A stretch of DNA of 64,000 bases from Haplodiscus bocki (lineage: Eukaryota): NCBI GenBank assembly GCA_965655095.1, contig OZ296652.1, forward strand, positions 19,344,001 through 19,408,000, written 5' to 3'. Of the stretch, positions 11,943 through 23,908 are shown one piece after another (within the stretch, counting starts at the first letter, position 1; every line of letters begins with the position of its first letter). Under the pieces are notes generated by a model that ran no database searches, had not been told where the DNA came from, and saw nothing but the letters and a program-made list of their open reading frames with translations. A program made the position numbers and the translations under genes.

Positions 11943-12370
11943 ATGACTAGAGCAGAAAGTTTTACGAAAAGAGGAAAATGGAAAAATAATAATCGTTCAT
12001 CTATATCAAACTCAGCATGGTGTGATTTAAATATTGAAGGTGATATATTAAACTACATGACAAAGGTCCCAATCCTAAATGTAATTGTCACAAGGTAATC
12101 ACATTCACTCCTCATCAATATATGCTCGAAGGTGTTTCGACTCAAAGCAAATTGCAAAAATTTTTCAGAGGAACGAATAAAGCATGGGATAGTTTTACTA
12201 AACCAGGTTTGAAAATGGCGACACCGCTCAAATCAGCCGCTGTGGCTGCAAAAACGAACAGTCCTCAATCAGCTCAAATAACAAATAATATTTTAAAATC
12301 AGTAACGGGTGGTAAAATTTTGTCACTGACATTCATGCACGAACGTGGTTTGGGATTAAAAGTAATGTGA
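11943..12370 (+). pseudogene. Cys/His-rich plus amphipathic virion protein (pVI-like candidate)
   Basis: LKLHD..CNC...LEGxS then KLQKFFRGTNKAWDSFTKPGLKMATPL; ends GLGLKVM. Homologue at 28211-28684. Confidence 0.5.
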
Positions 12371-12399
12371 AGTCATTTCAAATATAAACTATAAATTAA

Positions 12400-13062
12400 A
12401 TGACTAGTTGTTTTGAAGATTTATATGATTACGATTCAATTAAAAATTGTTCAAAAAGTGGAATTATATCATTGCAGAGTAATTTTCACGAAAATAAAAA
12501 TTGAGTGATAGTTTATATAATCAATGCAGAGTTTGTGTTAATCAAAGACAAAAACAATATGATTATGAAAATCCGGGAAAAAAAGAGAAAGTTATAATGA
12601 AAATCATGATAAAGTTCAAAAATATCGTAGTGATGATAAAGATAAAAGGAATGAATATTTCAAAAAAAGAAGAGAATCAGTTTTGGATTATAAAATAGCT
12701 TGTAATTTACGATCGGGAACATCCTCAGAATTCAAATCTAAACTATTAGGAAGATGAATAAGACATTTGATTTATTAGGATGTTCTCGTTCGTTTTTCAA
12801 AAACTGGATCATTCATCATTTATATGGTAATATGACATCAGAGAATTTTGGTTCCGTATAGCAAATCGATCATTGCCTAGCTATTGCATCCTTCAATCTT
12901 CTAGATGAAAAGGAAATGAAAAATTGTTTCAATTGGATTAATTTTAGACCTATGTATGTAAAAGATATTTTTATTAAGGGTGATAAAATTGATATGAGAT
13001 TGTACCTATTACAAGAAATATAGTCAAATTGTTTCATGAACAAAAATGTCGAAGAAGGATAA
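12400..13062 (+). pseudogene. HNH (His-Me finger) endonuclease with N-terminal Zn finger, of the type seen in large DNA viruses
   Basis: KNCSK..., YNQCRVC, TFDLLGCS, QIDHCLAIASFNL, CFNWINFRPM...IKGDK. Confidence 0.8.
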
Positions 13063-13470
13063 AATAAAAACTTTTAGTGATGAAACTTATAGTAAACCAC
13101 CAAAGAAAAATTATGAAACTAATAAAATAACATACAACCACATAGATGAGATATGGAATATTGATTTGGTTGATATGATTGATTGCAAACTTGCAAATAA
13201 CAAAAACTAAAGATGTATTTATAAACCAAAACCTAAATTAGGGCTGTTAATTCGTACCGACGATATTAAAAAAATTTTCTCAAAAGGCGATAGAACAAAA
13301 TATAGCTATAAGCTTTATACAATAACAGAAGTAATTCATGATACTACACATAGCTATCGAAATAAATATTTACCTGAGAGGTATAATGAAAACCTATTAC
13401 TACCAACAAAACTGTCTCTTGAATAAAACAATCAAGTGATGAAGAAACTAATTTTGTTTCAGTATTTTAA
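13046..13470 (+). pseudogene. Retroviral-type (c-)integrase with catalytic core deleted
   Basis: IDEIWNIDLVDM N-terminus joined directly to the C-terminal IFSKGD...LYTITEVIHDT...LPERYNE. The core is present only in the element 2 copy. Confidence 0.85.
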
Positions 13471-13480
13471 AACTTTAATA

Positions 13481-13988
13481 ATGGAATTAACTGAAGATGA
13501 AATTTTAACAAAATATGCTAAACACTGTGCACATTTTAATCGAAGTACTTTACTTCCTTAAGAATATGTTTGGAGTTGGTTTTCATGCGGATTCAACTGA
13601 AGCAAGACAAAACATGAACTCACTAAAATACAACGAAAAAAAATTATCAATAGATTAAAATATGCTGAACAAAAAATTTTTTGTATTTGTATAGATGTAC
13701 ATAAAATATGCGAAAGTAATGATTATGATAAAACATATGAAGTTTTATCAACATTAAAAAATAAAAAATTAAAAATAAACATTATCCTAATCGAAAAATA
13801 TAAAAGTATGTTAGAAAATCCTGATTTTGAACAAAACCAATATTCGAGAAGAGCCGCTAGTATTTACAAAATTGGACATGATAGTATCAGATTAATAAAA
13901 TGGATATGGTATTATGACCGAGCATATTTTGAAAATATAAATTATTATGATTTGATGGCGAGTATTCTAATTTGTTTAAAAAATTGAT
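13481..13988 (+). pseudogene. Conserved hypothetical protein with N-terminal Cys motifs
   Basis: KHC...CGF...INRLKYAE...WIWYYDR. Homologue at 30176-30704. Confidence 0.6.
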
Positions 13989-14032
13989 AAATAGAAAAAT
14001 CCTTTCAAAAAATTAGTCCTATATAAATAAAG

Positions 14033-17000
14033 GTGATAAATAATAACGAGAATAAAAAACTATCCGGTTATAGAAAAAAACGAATTGAAGGAAAAAATAA
14101 AATGGACGATAATATGGAATCAATATTAAACAAAATTGAAACAGAGAAGAAAAACAATATTAAAATTTTTGATAAAATTAAAAATTTAAAAGTGAAAATA
14201 ATTAAAATAAAATATGTTAATAATCCTAATAAAGCATAATCTGCTTTGAAAGAGTTAAAAATAATTCACGTTTTTCATAAAAATTTACATAAGATTGAAA
14301 AAGAAATTCTAGTAGATTATATTGGTGAATTTGAAATGGTTAGTAGTTGAAAATTTGGTTATCAAATTCGTCAAACTCATATTAGATTTGGAAATATTAC
14401 TGATTATGAAGCTTATATCTATTCTATCGATGAAAGTCATGACAGTGAAGCTGCTATTTTCAAAGGTTATATTTATAAAATCAACACACCTCAATTCAAT
14501 AAAGTAAACAGAAGTCAATGTGGAAATGGATGTGATTTTAAACACGAAATTATTGAATATCGAGATAAGAATTGTTTTAAACCAACAAAAGCATATTGTT
14601 TTGTTAAATGTAATAATTTCATAACAGGTGAAGATTATAAAGAAAATTATTTAGAAGTTATTAGCAATGAGAAAAGAAGATCAAATATTATGACTAAAGC
14701 TAAAATTCAACCATTTTTCAGTGCAAACAAAATTAATTTAGGATATTACGACAGTGAAGGAGTCTTTCTTTGATCTGTTACAGATAGGAATAAGGCTTTG
14801 TTTTTATGAAACAATCACTATTGTTTAATGTGGAAATCAGAGGGTGTTGGTTTTAATCAAGCTATTAATGAATTGAAAGATAACTTTAAAATAGTTGATA
14901 ATTATGTAACAGAAGAAAATGTTAATTCCCGTTTTAAATATGAATTCAAACCAAAGAAAATTGAATCTCCTCCAACTAGTTTTATTGTGTATGTTCTTGA
15001 AACACCTAATATTGATCGAGCAAGACCTTATTTATTTTGTTTTTTTTGATTAAGTAAACTAGCTAATAGATATAATCGTGATTTAACACATGATGAAAAA
15101 CAGAAATGTAAAAAGAACATTATCGCTATTGATGGTGACATCTGTGTTGAAAAAGCTTTAGAATTCTGTTTGAAATTAAAAGGAGGTGAACGTAAAGATA
15201 ACAAAAATAAAATTCTCGAATATAATCTTCAATTGCATGCACGTAATGGATCGGGGTTTGATACTTGGATAGTTTTAACTAAGCTTCCTTGTGATAAAAG
15301 AATTGTTAATGTTATTAAAAACGGAAAAGGCAACATTGAATTAAAAAATCTCAATGGTTACATTGAAATAAAAATAAAAAACAAGTTCCTCAATAATTGG
15401 ATTTTAGATGTGGTCTGACTCGTTTAAAATATTCATTAAAAAAATTTGGAAAACCTTTCAAATTACCGAAAGAAATGTTGAAAACTGAAAAGCATCATGA
15501 TGAAGTAGATGGCGATCATTACTTAGATAAAAAAGCTGACAGCTTAGATTATGTTAAACAAGATATGTTAGGTACGGCTTTTAGTTATGCTAGGTATTGT
15601 AAAGCGATGGAAGAAATAACAGGATTTTCAATGAAAGATAGTCTGAGTGCTCCTGGTCTAAGATGGAAGTATTTTAATGAATTGAGATTAGAAGAAGATG
15701 AACCTATATACACATACAATGACAATTACAAGAGATGGTTCGTTCAACAATCAATAAAAGGTGTACGCGTATGCAGCTTTAATCAGCATTATAAATCAAA
15801 AAATTGTGATGATGTTTTAAAAATCTTATCGGAAGAAGTAAATGTAGAACGAAATGTGTATGATATTACTGAAGCTTATCTGAATTATAAAAACGAACAT
15901 TTAAAAATTATTAAAGAAGAATATGAAAACAATTTTATTGATTACAGAGATATAGATGAGCAAGAAATGAAGAATTATATGAATGAAAAAGTAGGTGAAT
16001 TTCCAATTCATAAATTTTTAAAAGAATTAAGATTAAATGATCTTTTACGGGATTTCGACGCTGTTAGCTTATATCCATCTGCTATGAGTGAACAAAAAAT
16101 CAATTTTTCCGAGAATTGAAACTGGTTATGCTAATACTCCAAATATGAATCATGAGCTAGTTGAAAAATTTAAGAATCAAACTTTCACATAAGGAAGAGC
16201 ATTTTTAAAAATTAGGTATTATAATCCTAAAATTTCATCGTTCAACATCTTCTTGTTAAAGAAAGAGGAAAAAAATTGAAATTAATTGTATGAGAAATGG
16301 ATATATTATAGATACTTTAACTTCTGTTGATATTCAAGAATATAATAAAATTGGTGGAAAGGTAACTGAATTTTATGAAGGTGTTATTTATCGAAAAAAT
16401 TTGCAATATCCTTTGAAAAAAGTTTTTGGTAAATTATTTCAACTACGACAAAAATATAAAGACCAAAATAACGATGTTATGCAATTAATAGTTATTTTGA
16501 TTATGAATTTTCTTTATGGAGAACAGATACGGAAGGACATTGAGGAAAGTTACCATTGTAAATCAGAAATTTGGATATTGACTGAATATGATGAGAAAGT
16601 TCTAGATTATCAAAAATTAAAATATGGTAATTATGCTGTGAACTTGAAAGATGACTAAGCCTGGGTAGCTGAAGTTTAAAAAGTCAACACTCTGCCATTA
16701 CACTTAGGCGCTTTTGTTTTAAGTAATAGTAAACGAAATATGAATAATCTTATACACGCTATCAATGGATTTTATACAAATGTTTATTATACAGACAGAG
16801 ATTCAAAAAATACATTGAAAATAAACGTTGGGATAAATTAAACAAAGCTGGATTAGTTGGAAAAAATCGATTACAAGGAAAAAACGATTATAAAGATGGT
16901 GGTATTTGGTTTGCTCTCTTTTTAGCTCTAAAAAATAAAATAATGTTTATTAACAAATAAATTTGGTGTTATAGATGAACACAGCACAAAATTTTCGAAG

Positions 17001-17285
17001 GATTCACAAATTTGAGTGATAATTTAGGTAGAAAAGAATAATTTAATATGGCGGATGGCGTAACTTAATAGCTAAAATACCATAAAAATTGAAAAAATCA
17101 TTTAGTATGGGTGTTGTAATTCAACATAAAATGAAAAATTGTACTGATTGTAAGAAAGATATTGTATGTGATAATGGTGCTAACTTAAAAAATCAAAAAA
17201 AGAATTCTCGGCTAATCTCAATGAAATGAAAAGACAACCTCCTGATGGATTTGGTCATATGCTATCTAAGTATATAACAACATGA
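14033..17285 (+). pseudogene. Protein-primed family B DNA polymerase (pPolB)
   Basis: ExoI FIVYVLET, ExoII HARNGSGFD, motif A DFDAVSLYPSAM (16051-16086), motif B LIMNFLYG, motif C YTDRDS (~16790). Many frameshifts; 5' limit uncertain. Confidence 0.92.
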
Positions 17286-17340
17286 ATGTGATAATTATCT
17301 TATTCAATCACTTAAACACTTTTGTTAACTTAAAAGTGTA

Positions 17341-18306
17341 TAGAGATTAGTTGATGTTCTCAAAAATTTCACCAACGAATTCTACATTTAGTTACGTTTT
17401 CGACAATATATAACACTCCACTATTATTTAAACATTTTTCATTGACATACCATGTTTGAGGGTTTTTTAGGTTTTTCAATGGTATGGTTTCAATCAACGA
17501 TGTTGAAAATACCATCATTGGAAAGAACTTTTCAAGACCTTTTCAACGATATATAATATGTCATATTTCTTAAAAAGTTGTTCATTGACATACTAAGTTT
17601 CAGGGTTAATGTTATGGTTTTTAGGGTTTTTCGATAGTAAAGTTTCAGTTGGTGTTTTCAAAAATAACATAATTGGATAGAGCTTTTCAAGACCTTTCTC
17701 ATGGTATATTATACTTTTCTGTAGCTCAAAAATTCGTTGATTTCGTAATCTTCACATGTTTTAGGATTTTCTTAGATTACCCTGATTTGAGAAACCGTTA
17801 AAAAAATGGAACTTTATTGGAAAATATGGAAAAATATGGAAATTTTACTGAGTACAATGTTTCAGGAACGGTCCAAAACGTACTTCAACTATGTAGAGAT
17901 TATAAACTTTCAAGATAAAACTACATATGATACATCATTGGAAAGCTCTTGACTTGGAGATCACAGATGGTGAATATCAGTTTGATCCGACATACACAGG
18001 TGAAATTACACCATCTCAAACCCTAAACCTTAAACATGTAGAGAGTATAAAAGTTTTAGTTAAACGTACAAGTGATAAATCATTGGAAAGCTCTTGACTT
18101 GGAGATCATAGATTTTGAATATCAAGCCTCGAACGAAGCGAGTGAGTGGCGCAGCCAATAATGTAAGCGAGAGGCGATGTGAGCTGTAAGCGAACAAGCC
18201 GGTGAATGAGCGAAGCGAATGGGCGAGCGTGGATATTGTCGGATAATATCAGTGGCACGAGCGATAGCGAGGGGTACTGGTGTTATCCGCAATATCCTAT
18301 ATTATT
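17341..18306 (-). repeat. Right TIR of element 1, with ~360 bp (17858-~18215) absent from the left arm
   Basis: Reverse-complement match to the left arm on both sides of an extra block. The block contains two ~145-bp units (tcattggaaagctcttgacttggagatca) and a GCGA/GAGC-rich stretch. Confidence 0.92.
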
Positions 18307-19867
18307 TAAACCTAGCATTTAATTTTCTAAACCTAGCATTTAGTTTCCTATTTTTAGATAACGACGTTTTTGATATTTTTTTCTCTGAGTCCGTCTCTTC
18401 AGAACCATGAGTTGTTGCTCAAAATGAACTCGAAGGAAGCTTGAGAAAAGAAAAACAGAAATCTCTGTCTGGTCATCATTAGAAGTTCAGAAGCCTGAGG
18501 GACCAGGAGAATTTCGAATACTTCGGCAAGGCGCAACTTGTCATAGGTTGTTCTCTTTTCGATTTTGGGACACTGTCAGAAAAGTTGAGATTCGCCACAT
18601 TTTTACACCAACTTCGTTGAAGGTAAATAAATTCCGTGCTAAAAATTACACAATGATTATCAGACCACACCATGCAGTCTCTTTCGTAAACTTCACGTCA
18701 AACGATTTTTTTCCTAGTGTACGGATGGCAGTTTCAGTGGTTTCAATAGTCATGATCTAATTCAAGGCTCGTTTGACTTTGAAAGGTAATCCCTTAAGCT
18801 AACTACAGGTTGTGGATTGGGCCGGTCATTTAGCCTTTATTTTTGACTCATATGCAAGAGCACGTTATTGGTATGGACATAGGTCCACTTTAAAAGGGAA
18901 GTCCGTTCGCGGAAATCATCAAAGATAAAGAAGCATGTTTACAAGTGTGACCCAGCTTTTTATACTTAACAAAACTTGAAAGACCATAAGTTGTTGGTTC
19001 GAGTTATGCAGAGATCGAAACGGCAAGGCTGATTTAGAACGACCACATCTCTCAGGCCATTTTTTTGAACCACAAGTACCAATGATAGATGATCACGTTC
19101 CGCTGTCAATAAGTCCTCTCAGCTTCTCACTGCGATTATCACTAGTGGAAGCCAAGAGGAACATAGAGTCGTTTCAAGTTGTAATGATGCGTTTTGGTCC
19201 CGTTAAGCTAGATTTCCTTGTTTGATTAAACCATTTTTTTCTGAAAACGATGTTCGACAATTTTTTTTTGTTGATTTTACCACCGACAATGACAACCGTG
19301 TCTCGAAAAGTCCGAAAAAGTGGTAAAAACTTCTATTCTGTACATAACTTGGTGCAGATGGCTGAAACAAGCTTGATGATTTTTGTTTCACGTCACGTCT
19401 AACTGAAATTAATTATGAAATCAGTTCCAACGTTTTGCTTCCTTGGAAGTAACCCATAGCAACAGCACATCTTTTCGCCCTGTTAGAATCAATGGAAAAC
19501 GATCTTTTGGGGTCAAACCTTTCCCAATGTATTTTACCGGATAAGAACAGGATGAATTTAGTACCGGTGCATCAGTCGATTGCGCAATTAGACCGAGTTC
19601 CCATTGAATCAGTCTAGCTCCTGTGAGGCCTCACGCTGTTTAGCAAACAGCCAATCAAATTCTTCTGCTTCGCCACACTAAGGGCAAACACAATGTTTCG
19701 GGCGCAATAATCGATGCATCTGATTGGGCTGCTTCGCTTCAGTTGTCCGTTTATCAGTCTGATGAGCAAATATGCAAGTGGTGGTTTTTGATGCTGAGGA
19801 CTGCCCTAAGCCTGATTGTGTTCTTGGTTGGGTCGTTATGCATGTGGGAATTGATTCAGTAGGTGTA

Positions 19868-20266
19868 GGTAGTAAGGTACAAATAAGCATATGAAACCAG
19901 CCGCGCGCGCCGCACATTTTAACAAAAAATATAAAAAATAAAAAAATCATAGCAGAGTCCCTACACAGGGGCATAATTATACAATAAAGTGTAAAATAAA
20001 AAACAATTACTTATCAATGGGGTAACACAAGTTATTAAAAAAATTAAAAGAAAATATACTATATCAATGATGTTAAATTAAAATTTATACAAAATTTTTG
20101 AAAAATAAAATTTCAATTATGTGTATGAATATTATAAAAAATAATATAAAATATACATATACCATGTGTAGGATAACTCTGCTATGATTTTTTAAATTTC
20201 CTAGTTTTTGTTGAAATGTGCGATTTCTTGCGACTGATGTCATATGCTTATTTGTACACTACTACT
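19868..20266. mobile_element. ~400-bp non-autonomous inverted-repeat element (MITE-like) with AGT-repeat ends
   Basis: 19868-~19975 (ggtagtaaggtacaaataagcatatga...aaaaaatcatagcagagt) is the inverted repeat of ~20160-20266 (actctgctatgattttt...tcatatgcttatttgtacactactact). AT-rich spacer; flanks ggtgta/cgtgaa. Confidence 0.75.
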
Positions 20267-20397
20267 CGTGAAATTATAAAATTACAATAAATTATAAATA
20301 TATGACATAAATGCATGAAAACAAGTAAAAATAATTCCACAATTATGTGAACAAAGAATTGAGATAAAAATATGGCACGTCCACTTTTACATTGAAA

Positions 20398-20538
20398 ACG
20401 AGACTGAAAAAAATTCAACTTGACCAATCATGTCGACATAACACAAACACGAGATTGAAAAATACCACTACCAACTAAGTCGACATATTACAACATACAC
20501 ATACACTAACACGAGACTGAAAAAATTATGTCGACATA
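20398..20538 (+). repeat. Three-fold alternating motif array (ACGAGAYTGAAAAA / GTCGACATA)
   Basis: Motif A at 20398, 20449 and 20511; motif B at 20432, 20479 and 20530. Confidence 0.8.
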
Positions 20539-21039
20539 ACAAAATATGTATTGTTTTTTTTTAGTTTCTCTCTATCTACTCTGTCTCCTATAGCCTAGTG
20601 GTAATTTTAACATTGACTAAAGTTAAGACTAAGCTTGATTCTTAGTCATTGTGTTTGAGGTTTACTATTAGCCAACGTCCCCCTGTCTTTGTCATCATCA
20701 TGCACAAAAGCTTTATGGAGGAACTGTCTATATCTTGACGGTAGAAAAAGTTGACTGCATCGATGAGGAACTCTGCCAGGAATGCTCACTCGGATTTGCT
20801 AGAAAAACTAGATTAGAAAGTTGTGCAGTGGAGTTTTTGTAAAATTTTCTGAATGAGTGTACAATGACATAAAATTATATGTTCAATTTTAATATTATTT
20901 TCTTAAGACCAATTATCATCAAATAGAGATACATTTCACGATTCAGAGATTGAATAGTATTTTTATCACATTCTTGTTGATAAAGAGAAAAACGAGATCT
21001 TATTTAAATCATTTGCATTAAACTGATCCAAATAAATTA

Positions 21040-21200
21040 ATACTGATAGTGATAATCGAGAAATTATATTTTGTCCTGATGATGATGAGTATAGAATATA
21101 TTGTGATATATCTGATAAACTTTGTATAGAAAGATTTTATAATAAAATCATCCTAAATCAGGAACTCATGTTACTAAAATTCGTAAAAGACAACAAAAAA
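21040..21200 (+). pseudogene. C2H2 zinc-finger ORF remnant
   Basis: FCPDDDEYRIYCDISDKLCIERFY...SGTH, homologous to 3560-3720. Confidence 0.65.
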
Positions 21201-21383
21201 AAATTAAAAGTTTTAATTACAATAAGTTTATATAACAAATATAACTGATGATTATAATTGTACGATTATTGAAAATGAAGATAATATTATCAATTTTAAA
21301 AATTTACTTCTAGCGATACCAAACAGTATAATAGTTTTTTCTCTAATAATATACACAATTTTTAAACTTTTGATAACTAATAA

Positions 21384-22113
21384 ATGATCATGGAGAAATT
21401 TCTATACTCAACTCATCCGCTTCGCTGTATCGTAGCCGGTCCTTCAGTTTGCGGTAAATCAGTCTTTCTAACAAATTTATTTTGAACATTATCAACGAAT
21501 ATGATAAAAGTTACATCTACTCTCCATCTCTACACCAAGACCTATATCAAAATTGACTTGAATGTTTTAGTAATTATATACCAATTCACATAATCCCAAA
21601 CGTTCTCAATGAGGAAGATATTGATATAGTAAATGATGTGATAGTTAATAATAAAGACTTTGAAAAATCTGATACTGAAATAGAAACATATGAATCAAAA
21701 GAAGACTTAAAATATCCACAAGAATATGAAGATGGAGGTGTAAAGATACATGATGATTTATTGAACAAAAAATGAAAGTCCCCAGAGTACAAGCAATGTT
21801 TAAACGATCTAGGCTTGATAATTTATCTATTTTTTTATTCAGTTGTGATTATTATGAACTGCCAAAACGAATAATTCGCGCTAATGTACCTATCTACCAT
21901 ATTTTCAAACCAAACAATTTCACAGATGTACAAAATCTCTATCAGGACAAAACAAGCATGGATATGTCACTTAATGAATTTAAATACTTAACTAGTACCT
22001 TTTGGGATGAAAAATAACAACCTCTATTAATTGATATGACTAAATAAAAACATACAGGACGATAACGATTAGGCTTGAAATCATTATTCATTCCAAATAT
22101 TTCTCCGTTTTAA
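21384..22113 (+). pseudogene. Packaging ATPase
   Basis: GPSVCGKS Walker A and PRVQAMFKRSR; co-linear with 4756-5490. Confidence 0.9.
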
Positions 22114-22122
22114 ACTAGTTAA

Positions 22123-22995
22123 ATGAGTATTTATTCTAATGTGACACAAGAAGATTTAATTAAATTATCTAAACTATCTGAGCAACGGAAAAAGCAACGA
22201 GCATTTAAAATTAAACATAGTATTTCGAAACAAACATAAGATAAGAAATTAGCACAAAATCTTTCACCCATGACTAAAAAACTAGAAGAGGTTGAAAAAT
22301 TTACTGAAAAACTAGGTGATTTAATAAGAGAATCAAATTCTGAAAACGCAACACCTCAACTAGCTATGAAAAATACTTAAAACGATATTCAACCAGGTGT
22401 AATTTAGGTTTATCATCATTAGAAAATACATTAACAAAAATGAAAACAGCAAATGACTTTTTTAAAATAGAAGAAAGACCTAATGGTGATATTTTCTGAA
22501 ACAAAATACCTGTTGAAATATTAGGTGGTCAAGACTTCAAATAGGTGAGGATGAGTATGATATAAGCACTGATCTTCCATTAGTTTTTACTAATGCATGT
22601 GATAAAAACCTGAAGAAGTTCAACGATGTAGATAGAGTAATGTTTCAAAACATCTTGAAAAGCCCTAATTAAGATAGTTAAAAACCTCAAGCGGGAGAAA
22701 CTAAATCAAGCAGATATAAAGATACTGAAGACAACCTTGATGATCATGTAAATAAAATTTTAAATAGATCTATTCAAAGCGAAACCGAACCTAATGATTT
22801 GGAAAGACAACGAATTGAAACAATTGTCATACCATCCAACATTACTGATATCTAAACTAGATTAGAAATCTTACCAGGACTAAAATTATCTGGTCTTACC
22901 AATACAGAAGCATCAAACCTAATGGATATTTTGTATAAAGGAAATACAAAACGAACAACAATATCGAAATGCTCTTGATAAACATTCAACCTAAT
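22123..22995 (+). pseudogene. PZ-like core protein homologue
   Basis: MSIYSNVTQEDLI N-terminus and IPSNITDI*TRLEIL C-terminus match 5556-6463. Confidence 0.6.
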
Positions 22996-22997
22996 AA

Positions 22998-23770
22998 ATG
23001 GAGCTTCCAGGTAAAATATTAGAAAAAGCAGCATTTAAAACAACTCTTAAGATAAAAAAGCATATGTCAATTGTTATCGATAAATCTGCTCACGAAGAGC
23101 ATCTCTCTCAACCTTCACAAACTAATATATAAACAATATAAAAAAGCTTTCAGCTACTTAACTGGTTATAATGGAATTTTGATGTAACAAGCAAGAATAT
23201 AAAATTTTGTTTCGCGCAATCACTTCCTGACAAAGATAGTTTATTTCAAATGACTACTCCACCAGGTTCTTATGAAATCTAAAGATTCAATAAAGAAATC
23301 AAGAGGATGCTTATTGATAAAAAACAATTTACTGAAGCTAATTATCCGCTTACAAATAAAGCAAATTTTTCAAATTTAGGTAGTATCATTGAAATTTCCA
23401 AACAAAAACCATTAATTAGTTTTCAACCCGATGATTAAATGAGAAACATTTTAGGGTTTAATGCAGATACCTCATATGAAGATAATAACTTATCACCAAA
23501 TCCCGTTGATATTCTCTCTTTTGATAATATAATTTTAGAATGTGATATCGCTCAAGGAATGATATTTGGAAGAAAACGATTTTACTATGCATGTTGACCC
23601 TGGTTATAAATATATAGAAAAAGTCAGAGATGGCATACAATGGTACATGATGCAAAGTAAAATTTTCGTTTGAAGTATCACTTTTAAATTGAAAAACGAA
23701 AACAGTGAAAAAGTATCATTTAATAGACAAAGTATTACTTTTCGTTTATCAATCAAAAAAATTTTATTTA
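22998..23770 (+). pseudogene. Minor capsid (penton) protein
   Basis: MELPGKILE..., PPGSYEI, PNPVDILSFDNIILECDIAQG, VDPGYKYIE. Confidence 0.72.
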
Positions 23771-23908
23771 TACCTAAAAAATGCCTAAGAGTTCAATAAA
23801 ACCTTGAATATTTCCCATAAAAATAAAATTAAAAATCAACTTGAAAAGAATAACCCTGAAACATTTCAACAAAATTTATTATCTGGAAACGTTTTTTTTA
23901 AATTATAA

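Larger units (their letters stand above)
857..18306 (+). mobile_element. Full-length decayed Polinton/Maverick-like endogenous virus (element 1, ~17.45 kb)
   Basis: Long TIRs with ends aataatatagga.../...tcctatattatt. Flanking hexamers are tcaacc (851-856) and taaacc (18307-18312). Internal ATPase, penton, MCP, cysteine protease, integrase and pPolB remnants; most ORFs are broken by stops or frameshifts. Confidence 0.93.

Noticed and set aside
4756-17285. Intact virus using an alternative genetic code, or breaks caused only by sequencing error
   Set aside because: All three stop codons occur in frame, along with frameshifts, catalytic substitutions (e.g. YTDRDS), deletions and diverged TIR arms. 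This indicates genuine neutral decay, though some homopolymer indels may be errors.
18307-18347. Long TSD at the right flank of element 1
   Set aside because: taaacctagcattta is duplicated locally on the right side only; just the 6-mer has a left-flank counterpart.
20398-20538. Mini-CRISPR-like repeat/spacer array
   Set aside because: Only three short units with irregular spacing and two alternating motifs; kept as a subterminal repeat.
20271-20580. Left TIR of element 2
   Set aside because: The terminus-like sequence points away from element 2 and shows no similarity to the element 1 TIRs.
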